A stretch of 64,000 bases of DNA from Candidatus Bathyarchaeia archaeon (GCA_049513715.1 JBEKVV010000001.1:480001-544000); one strand, 5' to 3'; shown: positions 29,667 to 40,116, counted from the stretch's first letter. Made by a program: numbers and translations. The notes: a model not told the origin generated them from the sequence alone.

Positions 29667-30602
29667 CTACCCTCTGGTGAACAAGTAACTCCTAACCTTG
29701 TCCTCGCTTAGGTTAATCACAACACCCCTGAGAATCCCTTCCGAGTACTCGCTTCCGGGATTGAGACAGAGAGTCCGTCCGATCTTGCGAAAGCCCTGAG
29801 ACTCGTGTATGTGACCGTGCAACGACAGCATAGGTTGGTATTCTTCGATTGCTCTTCTCACTGCATGGCTGCCCACTGGGACCATCTGTCCAGTTGGCTT
29901 CAACTCCTTGAGTTCCGGCGCCGTATCCAAACCACTATCGTATGGCGGGCAGTGGAAGTTGAAGATGCAGTTCTTCATATTCCTGACTTGAGCGGCCATA
30001 GTGTCTATCTTCTCTGTCAACTTTTCTTCAGGAATGTCTCTGGGGCAATTCCAAGGCGAAATATTCGAGTAACCTGTGCTAATCATCTCATGAAACTCGT
30101 CAATTTGGACAACTTTTCCCTCCGGGTTTACAACAAAATCGGTGGCCTCAAGAAACGAATCCAACTCAAACCTATCATCATTTCCTGGCATGATTAGACA
30201 TTTCACTCCTGAATCCTTCAATTTCTCTTCAGCAATTCGGGTCCATCTCTTGGCCACCGCAACCATCGTGTCTGAGAAGATTTGATCAACTGCCTTTGGA
30301 TCCATGTCAAGCCTTGCCTTTTCGTCCTCGCTCGTTACGAAAGGATACTGACCGTTTAACCTAATATTCTTCTCAAGGTCCTTCAGTTGTTCCTCATTCT
30401 TAGCGACTACGTTTGAGCCTAGGAAGTTCGCAGAGTAAGTTCCATCGCTTTCTTTGACTATTGGAACTAGCACCTTTCCAGTGATATCGCCACTAAGCAT
30501 GACGATATTGGGCTTGTAGTATCTCGCGGCTGCTAGGAACTTCCTGAAGGTTGTCTCGCTGCCATGGACGTCCGCGGCGAAAAACAGCCTCGTCTCAGTC
30601 AA
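29667..30602 (-). CDS. Icc-like metallophosphoesterase
   Basis: DVHGS, GDITGK, GNDD, HCPP, HGHIHES, NPGS. Confidence 0.9.
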   Translation of the reverse strand: MTETRLFFAADVHGSETTFRKFLAAARYYKPNIVMLSGDITGKVLVPIVKESDGTYSANFLGSNVVAKNEEQLKDLEKNIRLNGQYPFVTSEDEKARLDMDPKAVDQIFSDTMVAVAKRWTRIAEEKLKDSGVKCLIMPGNDDRFELDSFLEATDFVVNPEGKVVQIDEFHEMISTGYSNISPWNCPRDIPEEKLTEKIDTMAAQVRNMKNCIFNFHCPPYDSGLDTAPELKELKPTGQMVPVGSHAVRRAIEEYQPMLSLHGHIHESQGFRKIGRTLCLNPGSEYSEGILRGVVINLSEDKVRSYLFTRG

Positions 30603-31048
30603 TCACTGTTACCTCTTTCAAGCATTATGGGTCCAACAAGTTTGCGATCCCACGCGGCCTTCGTTGGAGCATCTTCAGACTTGAACTTAAGCTATTTTCT
30701 ATCGTTCTTATATAAGCTTGGGAAGTCCACCGTAAGCGAGACTGGCAGCATTGGGTTCTTGGTACCAACCTGCAAACTGAGTTCGGAGCTGTGGAACTCG
30801 TCAATTCTTAGACTGCAATTCCGAATAGGCAAGCGATTTCTGAATCATGGGAAGGGAAAACTGATATTCTTTGCGCCACATCCATCAAACGGTCGTGTCA
30901 TCTATGAACTGAAGACTTTGCAAGCAAAGGATGAGCGATGAATGCTGACACGGCTAAGGTCGCGCAGACGCGGACCATTTTAGGGCCCATCGCGCTCAAA
31001 ACGTGGTGCATCCAAGACTTATAGGCAAGTTGAGGGGGGAGTTCTAAA

Positions 31049-31843
31049 TTGAGAACGATGAATGAAGTCGGATTGCCTCTCGCAGATTTCTTGGAAGAAG
31101 CAAGAAGAATCGTTTCGGAAGCTCGTGAGGCGGGCATAACTCTTCGCGTAATTGGAGCCACGGCAGTTAAACTTCATTGTCCAAAATATGCGCGACTCTA
31201 CACCTCCTTTGGAAGAACGTTGTCGGACCTCGATATTGTCGCGTTCTCCAAAGATTTGAAGAGAGTGAAAGAATTGTTCGAGAAAATGGGCTATACCAAT
31301 AGAAAGATGGGGTACGCTGTCGCGGTGTCAGCCCACGGAGAGAGATTGATTTTTTACGACGAAAACAACAAGCGCGCTGTCGACGTATATTTTGATCGTC
31401 TCAGAATGTGCCACACCATAGAATTCAAAGACAGGTTGGAACTAGACAGCCCAACAATTACACTGGCAGATATTCTACTGGAAAAGATGCAGATCGTAGA
31501 ACTGAATGAGAAAGACATCAAAGACACGATAGTATTACTGAGAGAGCACCAACTCGGAGAGACTGAAAAAGAAGTCATAAACATGGGATATATCGCAAAG
31601 TTGCTGAGTGAGAACTGGGGCTTCTACTACACAGTTACGACAAACCTCAAGAAGACGAGAAACTCGTTGAATGAGTACGACATCTTATCCAAGGAAGACT
31701 GCGAAGATGTCACGTCAAAGGTCGACATGCTGCTGAACACGATTGAATGCGCACCTAAGAACCTAAGTTGGAAAATGAGAGCAAGGCTTGGTACACGCAT
31801 GAAATGGTATGAAGAAGTTGAGGAGATTTATCTGACAAGATAG
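31049..31843 (+). CDS. Conserved hypothetical protein, nucleotidyltransferase-like fold
   Basis: LRVIGATAVKLH, SDLDIV, VDVYFD, LLEKMQIVELNEKDIKD. Confidence 0.7.
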   Translation: MRTMNEVGLPLADFLEEARRIVSEAREAGITLRVIGATAVKLHCPKYARLYTSFGRTLSDLDIVAFSKDLKRVKELFEKMGYTNRKMGYAVAVSAHGERLIFYDENNKRAVDVYFDRLRMCHTIEFKDRLELDSPTITLADILLEKMQIVELNEKDIKDTIVLLREHQLGETEKEVINMGYIAKLLSENWGFYYTVTTNLKKTRNSLNEYDILSKEDCEDVTSKVDMLLNTIECAPKNLSWKMRARLGTRMKWYEEVEEIYLTR

Positions 31844-32011
31844 GTCGTGCGGGGATGCGCTAGTTTTCGGGTGTCAAAAGAATCTTTTGTGCCATTGACG
31901 GAATGTCTAGGCGAGACAACCTAGCTGACCAATCAAGTTTTCCTCGGGAAGGCACAGCAAAGTAAATAGAAGAAGAATTCTCAGAGAAGAGGCGGAAAGG
32001 TTGACGCGTTC

Positions 32012-33439
32012 TTGATAGATTTGTTGATCGAGCATGCTTACGTTCTCACCATGACGGGAGAGGGAGCGGGGGTAATACAAGACGGAACAGTTGCAGCTGA
32101 TGGGGACAAGATTGTTGCCGTTGGGAAATCTCTCAAGATCCCTCGATCCTATCGAGGGGCAAGGAGGAAGATCGATGCAAGGGGCAAAGCTGTCCTCCCG
32201 GGACTCATAGACGCCCATACTCACACCCATTTTGTCGGGACTAGAGGAGAATCTCAAGACATCCCAGAATCTGAATGGTGGACTGGAGTCGCACCGTTCT
32301 CGACATATATGACTGAAGATTTAGCGATAAAACTCGCAAAGCTCGGCATAGTTGAGGGAATCAAGGCTGGAACCACGCTTTTCGGCGATTTCGGTCCATT
32401 CATGGACGCTGTGGCCGAGAAGGCGTACGCCAAGCTCGGCGTTAGAGCCAATCTGGCAACCATGTTTAATGAACTAAGAGCTTGGTACAAAGGCGCAAGC
32501 GAAAGTGCTCTTTACGAGTTTGATCCTGAAGTGGGGAAGAGGGGGCTCCGCGAGAATCTTCAGCTCATAGATCGCTGGCAAGGAAAAGTGAATGGAAGGA
32601 TAACTTGCTGCTTGGGTCCCCAAGCCCCTGATATGATGAGTAAAGACCTTCTGCTTGAAACGAAACGAATCGCTTTGGAAAGGAATCTTACAATGCACTT
32701 CCACCTAGCCCAAGGCGCCACTGAGACCGCTCAAATGAAAGCGAGGTATGGAATGTCATCTATTCGATTCTTGGACAAGATAGACTTCCTATGCCCAAAC
32801 ATTATGGCAGTTCACTGTGAAAGTGCCACCGACGAAGAATTGCGTTTGATAGCTGAGAGAGGTGTGAGAATGATCTCCTGCCCAAGCATAGTAGCCATGA
32901 CAGACGGACTCGTATCGCCTGTATGGCGATATCTCGAACTAGGCGGCCGCGCGGCAGCTCTGGGAAGTGACTCGAGCCTTACTTCTTCCGACATGTTCAA
33001 GGAGGTGAAGATGGCAGCACTTCTGAATAAGGTGCGGAGCCAAGATCCAACAGCGCTTCCAGCGTGGAGAGCGCTACGTCTCGCAACCATAGAAGCGGCT
33101 AGGACACTGGGACTGGAAGAGACGGTGGGAAGCATAGAGCCAGGCAAGAAAGCTGACCTAATAGTAGTTGACCTGACGGGGCAAACGATCCCGATACTGA
33201 ACAGGCCAATCCGGAACATCGTACCCAATTTGGTCTACAGCGCTGATAGTGCCCAGGTTGAAACAGTCATTGTAGACGGAAAAATCATAATGGAGAACCG
33301 TAGGATTCTCAAAATCCGGGAAGACAGGATCGCACAGGAAGCGCAGAAAGCGGCGGAGCAACTGGCGGATAATGCAACCAATGACTACGAAGCCGCGGGG
33401 TTGCGCCTTTCAAGGTGGTCAAAGGAAGGGATTATCTGA
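32012..33439 (+). CDS. Amidohydrolase, MtaD/AtzA-like family
   Basis: PGLIDAHTH, FHLAQG, AVHC, LGSD, GKKAD. Confidence 0.9.
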   Translation: MIDLLIEHAYVLTMTGEGAGVIQDGTVAADGDKIVAVGKSLKIPRSYRGARRKIDARGKAVLPGLIDAHTHTHFVGTRGESQDIPESEWWTGVAPFSTYMTEDLAIKLAKLGIVEGIKAGTTLFGDFGPFMDAVAEKAYAKLGVRANLATMFNELRAWYKGASESALYEFDPEVGKRGLRENLQLIDRWQGKVNGRITCCLGPQAPDMMSKDLLLETKRIALERNLTMHFHLAQGATETAQMKARYGMSSIRFLDKIDFLCPNIMAVHCESATDEELRLIAERGVRMISCPSIVAMTDGLVSPVWRYLELGGRAAALGSDSSLTSSDMFKEVKMAALLNKVRSQDPTALPAWRALRLATIEAARTLGLEETVGSIEPGKKADLIVVDLTGQTIPILNRPIRNIVPNLVYSADSAQVETVIVDGKIIMENRRILKIREDRIAQEAQKAAEQLADNATNDYEAAGLRLSRWSKEGII

Positions 33440-33731
33440 AGGAAACATGTGAATTGGAAACTCCTGTTTTCCGTCTTTGATTTGGGTGGCCTACTTGCGC
33501 TGAAGGGCTTCCTTTTCTAGGTATGGCAGAATCTCGTTCGCGATCGCCCCCTTCTGGCTAGCAGTCAGACGACGCTAGGGCGGTAAATAGCTTATTTCTT
33601 GGCGTTTCTAAGCATTGAGTCATTATTTCGTAGAATAGATTAGAGCCATCCAAACGAAAGCCACTGAAACAGGGTTCATTAACGTGAGTGAATTGATGAA
33701 ACTTCAGAAAGCGGGCTATCGCAGACCTCTT

Positions 33732-33752
33732 GAATCCCTCCGAGCCCACTAC
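33732..33752 (+). other. Possible short tRNA 3'-end remnant (att scar)
   Basis: GAATCCCTCCGAGCCCACTA resembles T-arm 3' strand, acceptor stem and discriminator. It is short and may be chance. Confidence 0.3.
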
Positions 33753-33880
33753 CCAAGCAGACTCCGGTAATGATATTTGGTTGTGTGGGAGGGTAAGTGT
33801 TCTTGACGGGGGAAGGGCCTGGACCGGGTTGCAAATGACCCGTTTAGGTGAGCTAACCCCCGTTTAATAATAAGCGGGGG

Positions 33881-34603
33881 TTGCTTGGAGAGAAATGGAA
33901 GGGAACCTTATTTCAGCTTGAGAATTTTGCAAGTACTAACGGTATTGAATTTATGGAGGTTGTAGATAACAAGTCACGCAGCTCTGATAGTGTCAGAGCC
34001 TTTGCACAAGGTCTGGTTGCTGCGCTCCAAAAGCATCCAAGTGCCTTTGAGCAATACTTGGACAGAGTGCTTTCGTCTGACCGTGACTCGGATCTGATCG
34101 AAGAATTGAACACGACGTTGCGGCCACAAGGATATGAACTGTCCACAAACGGCCAGGTTCGGTTATTGCAAACCGATACAACAGCGCCAGTGGTCGCCCA
34201 GGAGATACATGAAACTCCGGGTTGGATAGAAGAGCGATTAAGGTTCTTAGGGTATATGGATTGTCTAAGTTCATATGAGGAGGCAATCAGCAGCAGGAGC
34301 CAAGGTAATTTTGCGGCGTCCATTGGTCAGCTGCGCAACTTTGTGCACTGCGTTGTATCTAGCGTGTCTCAGACCGACCCAACGCATTTTGGATTGGCCT
34401 TGGAAAAGCTATCACAAGACAAGAGACTCGCAAAGCTTCTCGGGAGAGATAGATGGGGGATGGACAATTTACTGAAGAAGATGGACACTTTCCTTAGCCT
34501 TTACGGCAGTCACTCGCCTGTTGAGCAACCAGACGAAATGGATGCGAGATTAGCTGCTTCTGTTTCACTGGGGCTTATTCGCTACATTCTAGAGCGCACT
34601 TAA
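33881..34603 (+). CDS. Hypothetical protein with HEPN/Abi-like helical C-terminus
   Basis: YEEAI...AASIGQLRNFV...YGSH pattern. Confidence 0.5.
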   Translation: MLGEKWKGTLFQLENFASTNGIEFMEVVDNKSRSSDSVRAFAQGLVAALQKHPSAFEQYLDRVLSSDRDSDLIEELNTTLRPQGYELSTNGQVRLLQTDTTAPVVAQEIHETPGWIEERLRFLGYMDCLSSYEEAISSRSQGNFAASIGQLRNFVHCVVSSVSQTDPTHFGLALEKLSQDKRLAKLLGRDRWGMDNLLKKMDTFLSLYGSHSPVEQPDEMDARLAASVSLGLIRYILERT

Positions 34604-35177
34604 CACGCCTACTTGAAACGTGCGGCACTTCGAACTAATCTAAGAAACCAGAAGAATTCAACGATGGAAATTGCCAAGATCCCCGCTCCGAACTCAGATA
34701 TAGCCGCTAGGGGAACTGCGCCTGTGCACGTAGTCGCTGCCGCTTCGCACTGAATGTAAGTTGCAGTGTGCCACGACATTCCGTAAGCCCAATTAATTGT
34801 GTAGAAAGGTATTCGCCTGAATTCTTGACTGTGGAAGATATCCATTATCGTATAGATCGAAGCGAAGTGGGCGCAATGTGTCTTCACCTGTAACTACAGT
34901 AATTTCCCGTATGTACCAAAATGTGAAGAACCCCCATCGACGATGGAATAGTAACGTGTACAACTGATTTCCGTTATCGTCGGTGTGGCGCTCATGAATC
35001 ATGAATCTGTTGGATTAGGGGAGAGGCAGATGCGGAAAGGTGGAGATCGCACAGTTGACAACATGAAGAGATGCATTCTGATCGTGCTCTCTGTTTCGAT
35101 GATTATCTTGACAAGCCTGGGATCTGCTCATGCGCAGTCGAAAGTTCCAGTTTTCGGGGCTTGGAGGGCCGGTTAAG

Positions 35178-37532
35178 ATGCATTGTGGTAAATGCGGAGC
35201 TGAAATCTCAGATGCGGACACGTTTTGCGGAAGGTGCGGTGCTGTCCAGGAGAGGCCGCGCACGCCCGGCATGGGTTCATCGCGAACTAAGCTGTTAGCA
35301 GCCGCAGCGATTGCGATTCTCATTCTCGCAGGCCTGTTTGGAAGCGGAGTGATTCAGCAGATGCTTTCCACGTCGCCTCTATCGTTGCCATCGCAGTCAA
35401 CAAGCACGTCGACAGCCAGCTCCTCGTCTGCGACAACTAGCCGAGTCTCCTCTGAAACGAGCAACATCCCATCGACTGCAGAAACGAGCTCTAGTACTTC
35501 GAGCCTCCCAGCCGAGCCTCCTTCTGTTTTCACAGCTAGCTTGGCGTCCGCGCCTACGGCTGTTGGATGCTACCGTTATGGTCAAGCAGGGTGGGAGAAT
35601 GTTGCCTGTCTCTCTCAGGGGGCGGTTCAAAAGTGGGGTAACTTTCCAGGCTCCTTCATGGGCATCATCAGCACTCAGGGCGGCAAGCCTATTGCAGGGC
35701 CTCAGCCCGGAAAGACTCAGATAAAATTAGGCGTAGTTATGGTGGACATTCGTAACTTTGGGTCGGACACAGATAGTAGGTTTGGCGATGGCGCGTACAG
35801 TGTTCAACTGAACACGAACTGGTTCCCCGGCAACAACGGGCACACTGACTGGGTGCAGTTCGTCTACCAAGACTTTTGTGGCAACTCTGCTGGTTGTGGA
35901 GATGCAAGCCGCCTCTGTATATGGAACATCGACGTGACCATTGACAAATACGATACAAGTCCCGGATGCGCAAAGCCTGGCGCAGTCAGACTCTCCAGTG
36001 CGGGATTTGCGCCTGTAGGATCCCAGACATGGGAGATTATCATCGCGGGATGGGTGGCGTCCAATGGAAACTTGGGAATGATCGCCTACCTGAACGGAGG
36101 CATTTACAGCGTGTCCGCCCCCGACATGTACGGTTTGGCATCGGACTGGGATGAGGCAAGCGGGGGAATAATGGGCGCGAGTGTGTCGACTGCCAACTTT
36201 GCCAACACCGGGCTGCAGACCGACATCGGTGTAGCCTCCTCCTTATCCTCCTGCCTATCCTTGTGGAAGGATTGCGGCGGGCTACCTATAGCTGCGGTAG
36301 AAACGCCCCCACCGGGGGCTGGGGTCACACTCGAGAGTAGCAGCCTGCAACAATACGACTATTTGCTGACCAGCTACTACGGGGGCAATCACTGGTGGTT
36401 CTCCTCAGCATCTGTCGACCAGGTTGGCTCAGTGATCTGCCCGCAAAATGGGGGGTACCCGGGCTGCGGACAGTTTGTGGATTACGGGAAAGCCTTCGGT
36501 TTTGATTCCGCCATGTTGTATACGGTGGACATACAGCCTGCGCCTGGGGAAGTGAGCGCGGGCAACGATTTGAGCACGACGGTGAGTGTTGTTTCGGTGG
36601 ACGGCGTGCAGGTGGGGCCGATAACGATGAGCGTGTCCGGGCTGTCCTCTCTCGGAACTGAGGATCTCTCAGGTCAAACGTGCACGTTCGGTCCTTACCT
36701 CCAGCCTGGGAGCAGCTGCTCCTACACCATGACCATTCATACCTTCCCGACCGCGCTTCCGAGCAGCTACCCCGTCACAATCACGGGTACTCCGCCTCCG
36801 AACGCGGTGCCGCCTCCCCTATCATCGGGGTTACCTAGCCTGAGCGATTACATCGTGTACAATCTCATAATCAACCCCCCAGCCGCCCCACAGCCAATGA
36901 TCGTTTCGCCAGTAGACATGGCTTCTCTCAACCAGGGCGAGAATACGCTGATTGGGTATGCAGCCAGCACCGACACAGCTCAACCCGGGTGGGTGCCCTG
37001 CGACCATATGCAGTTCAAGGTCACCTTCTCCGGCGGTTCAATCGTGACGGCCACACCAACGGAAGATCCAAGCTACCAGAAGACAGGGTTCTGCGATGCC
37101 ATGGTGGACTTGAGTGTGCTGGGACCGGCTACGGTCGTGCTTTACGCAACCAGCCTTGCAGGAGCTAAAGGAGCCGTCAGCATAGCCATCAACATCGTTA
37201 GCGCGCAGCAGCCCACCCCGTTCACCTTCGCATTATCCGTCACACCCTCAACCTGGTCGGTAGACCGGGGAGGACAGGGCTCATTTACAGTGGTCGTGAC
37301 GTTGACCGGGGGCACCGCGGGGCCTGTTCAGTTGAGCGTCTCAGGCCTACCGCAAGATGCAACCTACACCTTCAGCAGCAACCCCGTCACTCCAACTGCC
37401 ACATTAACCCTGACCATAAGCACCGCAACCACCACTCCTCTAGGGACATACACAATAACGATCACTGGAACAGCCGCCGACGGCAGCACCGCGTCCACCA
37501 CCATACAACTCGCCGTCGCAAGCCTAGGCTAG
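35178..37532 (+). CDS. Membrane-anchored surface protein: zinc ribbon, TM, Ser/Thr linker, Cys-rich domain, Ig-like repeats
   Basis: HCGKCG..FCGRCG; TM helix; SVQLNTN...WVQFVYQ; TP(L)GTYTITITGT-type C-terminal domain. Confidence 0.8.
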   Translation: MHCGKCGAEISDADTFCGRCGAVQERPRTPGMGSSRTKLLAAAAIAILILAGLFGSGVIQQMLSTSPLSLPSQSTSTSTASSSSATTSRVSSETSNIPSTAETSSSTSSLPAEPPSVFTASLASAPTAVGCYRYGQAGWENVACLSQGAVQKWGNFPGSFMGIISTQGGKPIAGPQPGKTQIKLGVVMVDIRNFGSDTDSRFGDGAYSVQLNTNWFPGNNGHTDWVQFVYQDFCGNSAGCGDASRLCIWNIDVTIDKYDTSPGCAKPGAVRLSSAGFAPVGSQTWEIIIAGWVASNGNLGMIAYLNGGIYSVSAPDMYGLASDWDEASGGIMGASVSTANFANTGLQTDIGVASSLSSCLSLWKDCGGLPIAAVETPPPGAGVTLESSSLQQYDYLLTSYYGGNHWWFSSASVDQVGSVICPQNGGYPGCGQFVDYGKAFGFDSAMLYTVDIQPAPGEVSAGNDLSTTVSVVSVDGVQVGPITMSVSGLSSLGTEDLSGQTCTFGPYLQPGSSCSYTMTIHTFPTALPSSYPVTITGTPPPNAVPPPLSSGLPSLSDYIVYNLIINPPAAPQPMIVSPVDMASLNQGENTLIGYAASTDTAQPGWVPCDHMQFKVTFSGGSIVTATPTEDPSYQKTGFCDAMVDLSVLGPATVVLYATSLAGAKGAVSIAINIVSAQQPTPFTFALSVTPSTWSVDRGGQGSFTVVVTLTGGTAGPVQLSVSGLPQDATYTFSSNPVTPTATLTLTISTATTTPLGTYTITITGTAADGSTASTTIQLAVASLG

Positions 37533-37675
37533 AACAGTGAGAAGAACTGTGACATAGGATGGATTTCTTCCTGCCTTGAACGAGTTCTGTGGGCACTTCG
37601 GAAACAGACTCAAAGGCAGCTGACCACGCTGCAAGACAAAATACAGCTGAATCCTTCCTTCGCTAGGAATGTTAC

Positions 37676-37718
37676 CGAACCCACTATGTCGTGGGTTCGT
37701 ATCCCACCGGCCCCACCA
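37676..37718 (+). mobile_element. att site: tRNA 3' fragment with symmetric core
   Basis: GTCGTGGGTTCGTATCCCACCGGCCCCACCA gives T-arm, acceptor 3' strand and CCA, with no 5' half. CGAACCCAC-tatgtc-GTGGGTTCG is an inverted repeat. Confidence 0.8.
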
Positions 37719-37946
37719 CATCGCTCACAACTGCTTCCTTAGGGGATCGTGTCCCGGCATCTCAGGAAGTCTGACCATCCCCATACATATAGGTACGGGG
37801 ATGCTGCCACCGCCATACCTGTTCTTACGAGAATTCGCCACTTCAGGTTGAGCCCATTTTGATTGATCAGGTCATTGCGTGTGACCACGTCGGCCAAATC
37901 GGAAACTAAATAGTCTGAGCGAAGCAGAGGGTCGTAGGCGCAAGAC

Positions 37947-38216
37947 TTGGAGTCCGACCAAGAAAGGAAGAAGGCCGTGCTCGCAGACTTGAACCGTTGG
38001 CACCTGCTGCTGTCAGGATACAGCGAGGCGGAACTTGTCGGACTCGGCGATCTCGCTGTTCTGGGGAAGGAAAGAGTTCGCGGTCTCATCCGTCGGAAGG
38101 CGGAGGAAGCGGTTCTGAGGGCAAATCCGGTGATTGTGATCGGAAAACGGAAACGCAAGGCGCCGAGAAAGTCGGTGCATCGGAAGAAGAAGGTTAATCG
38201 TGGCCGGGGAAGGTAG
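37947..38216 (+). CDS. Small basic hypothetical protein
   Basis: 89-aa ORF with a Lys/Arg-rich tail, beside the integrase. Confidence 0.5.
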   Translation: MESDQERKKAVLADLNRWHLLLSGYSEAELVGLGDLAVLGKERVRGLIRRKAEEAVLRANPVIVIGKRKRKAPRKSVHRKKKVNRGRGR

Positions 38217-38223
38217 CCCGAGA

Positions 38224-38427
38224 ATGGCCGCCGAGGACGAGGTCGACTTGCGCGAGTACAAGAAGAGCATTGAGGACTCACTCGGTAGGCTCAAGCCGGA
38301 CAGCGTCCTCTTGAAAAGGATTCGCCGCTTGCCCGACCGCATGGCCCGCGTCGAGTGGTGGAGGGAGGTTGAGGTACTGAACGACTTATTGCACGATGAA
38401 CTGGGCTCATTTGTGCTCGACGATTGA
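38224..38427 (+). CDS. Small hypothetical protein
   Basis: MAAEDEVDLREYKK..., follows the previous ORF and converges on the integrase. Confidence 0.5.
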   Translation: MAAEDEVDLREYKKSIEDSLGRLKPDSVLLKRIRRLPDRMARVEWWREVEVLNDLLHDELGSFVLDD

Positions 38428-39840
38428 CGTCTCTTCGTCCCGGTTTCCGATCCACTTCCACAGTGCACCTGGTCCTTCTATCCACTTTCCCAGCTCCTTC
38501 TTGGGCACCATCTTCACCACGCCCTTCTGGGCGTCGGTCTTTCGCCGGATGAGTTCTCGCATTTTGGCTCCGGAGAATTTGGCGGGGTCTCCTTCCCTGT
38601 CAATATCCGCGTCGGTGTAGCCGAGCAGTTTGAGGTTCTGCCTGTTCACGAGGCCCATGACGCTTTCCTGCGTTACGGGCTCTCTCCAGGTCAAAGTGTC
38701 GAGGTGCTTCTCCGCGGCGGCCGCATATGCTCGCCTCATCTTTTCTCGAAGCGGAGGTGGAAGCCCCTTGTTCATTCGGTAGACGCTCTCGATGTCCCCT
38801 CCGTGCCCCATCCAGAAGACCGACCAGTCCTTGATTACGAGCTTATCGTATTCTGCCATCATCATGGCCGTAGAATAGAAGCGGCGTAGCACGTACGGCC
38901 GCCAGCCGAAACCGGCTTTGCGAATTGGGCGGCGAATGTCGCCGCGCACGCTAATGGTTTGAATGTGCTTGCCGATGTAGGGTTCGTCTTCGCCGGTGAA
39001 GATCGGGGTTTCGGCGTCGATCTGTTCACCTAGTTTCCATTCTCGTCTTCTAGTTTTGCCGTTAAAGACTCTCTTCGAGTTCATCCGCCACTCAAGCCAC
39101 TCTCGCAGGTATCCGCAACCCTCGCGACTCAGAAAGCCTGAGTACTGGTTTCCCATTTTGCTGACGTTTTCACGGACGATGAACATTGTCGGGATCTGCT
39201 TGAAGGTGACCGTGCCTTTGGTTCTCACTTCGGCTTTTCCCTTAACGATTTTGGCCTCTTCGTTCCTGTACTCCATTTCTGGGAAGTCAGAAATCTTTAG
39301 TCCGTCCGTTGCCGTGTGGTTGCCGAGAACCTGCGGCCTGACTCCAGCGTAGGCCATCATGGCGATGGCGAACCTTGCGCGGCGGTTGGCCTTGTCCAGT
39401 ATTCTGCGAAGCTCGCCTGCATCCGGCACGTTCTCCTGACTGTACTTCGTGCCCACCGCCTTTCCGAGCCTGATCCTGCCCGGAACTTCGATGTTGTTGT
39501 GGCTGAACCAGCTTCGAATTGTTTTCACGTAGTTTCTGACGTTTGCGGCCGTTTTCGCCTTCTCAACGACTTTCCCGCTAGCGTCCTTCTTGTCGGTTTT
39601 GAGGTCCGTGACTAGGTCTAACAGGAGCTTCTTCGCAGCCACGAGATCCGGATCTCCGTCTTTGCGGGTCGCGTGCTTCAGGATCATTTGCGCTGGCGTG
39701 AGCTTCAATCGCCTGGCGAGATAGTCGAGTCTCCTCAAGTAGCCGTCTGCCGTCAGCGTGCTATCTTCGCGTAGACTGCTGTACCAGCGCTTCACATCCA
39801 CATTCTCTAACAAGTACTGCTGGTTCTTGAGCCTAGCCAT
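38407..39840 (-). CDS. Tyrosine recombinase/integrase (YxxR variant)
   Basis: AYAGVRP, VSKMG, RPYVLRRF, WMGH, ESVY catalytic set; adjacent to the tRNA fragment. Confidence 0.88.
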   Translation of the reverse strand: MARLKNQQYLLENVDVKRWYSSLREDSTLTADGYLRRLDYLARRLKLTPAQMILKHATRKDGDPDLVAAKKLLLDLVTDLKTDKKDASGKVVEKAKTAANVRNYVKTIRSWFSHNNIEVPGRIRLGKAVGTKYSQENVPDAGELRRILDKANRRARFAIAMMAYAGVRPQVLGNHTATDGLKISDFPEMEYRNEEAKIVKGKAEVRTKGTVTFKQIPTMFIVRENVSKMGNQYSGFLSREGCGYLREWLEWRMNSKRVFNGKTRRREWKLGEQIDAETPIFTGEDEPYIGKHIQTISVRGDIRRPIRKAGFGWRPYVLRRFYSTAMMMAEYDKLVIKDWSVFWMGHGGDIESVYRMNKGLPPPLREKMRRAYAAAAEKHLDTLTWREPVTQESVMGLVNRQNLKLLGYTDADIDREGDPAKFSGAKMRELIRRKTDAQKGVVKMVPKKELGKWIEGPGALWKWIGNRDEETSIVEHK

Positions 39841-40116
39841 GCCAGAAATAGTTGAGTCCCTTAAGTATAGCTTTTATGGTTATGCAAGAGGAACAGTCTT
39901 AAAGGATTCATCACTAACCAGTCACGGTCCTGAACCCTCTTGGTCCAAATATCTTGCCAGGTCGTACATTTGATTATCGCTAGAGAACTCGTCCTGACAA
40001 AAGCATTGAACCTCACACACACATCAATTGCTGGGATCAAAACCCAACTAGTGTGAACGGTCCGTAGAGAATCCGTAGGCGAAACCTATCACTCGAGAGA
40101 CTACCGAATTTTCGGC

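Noticed and set aside
34609..35002. Two overlapping short minus-strand ORFs
   Set aside because: Possibly a frameshifted membrane-protein remnant, but no recognisable family supports a call.
37650..37718. Complete tRNA gene
   Set aside because: No 5' acceptor strand, D arm or anticodon arm lies upstream.
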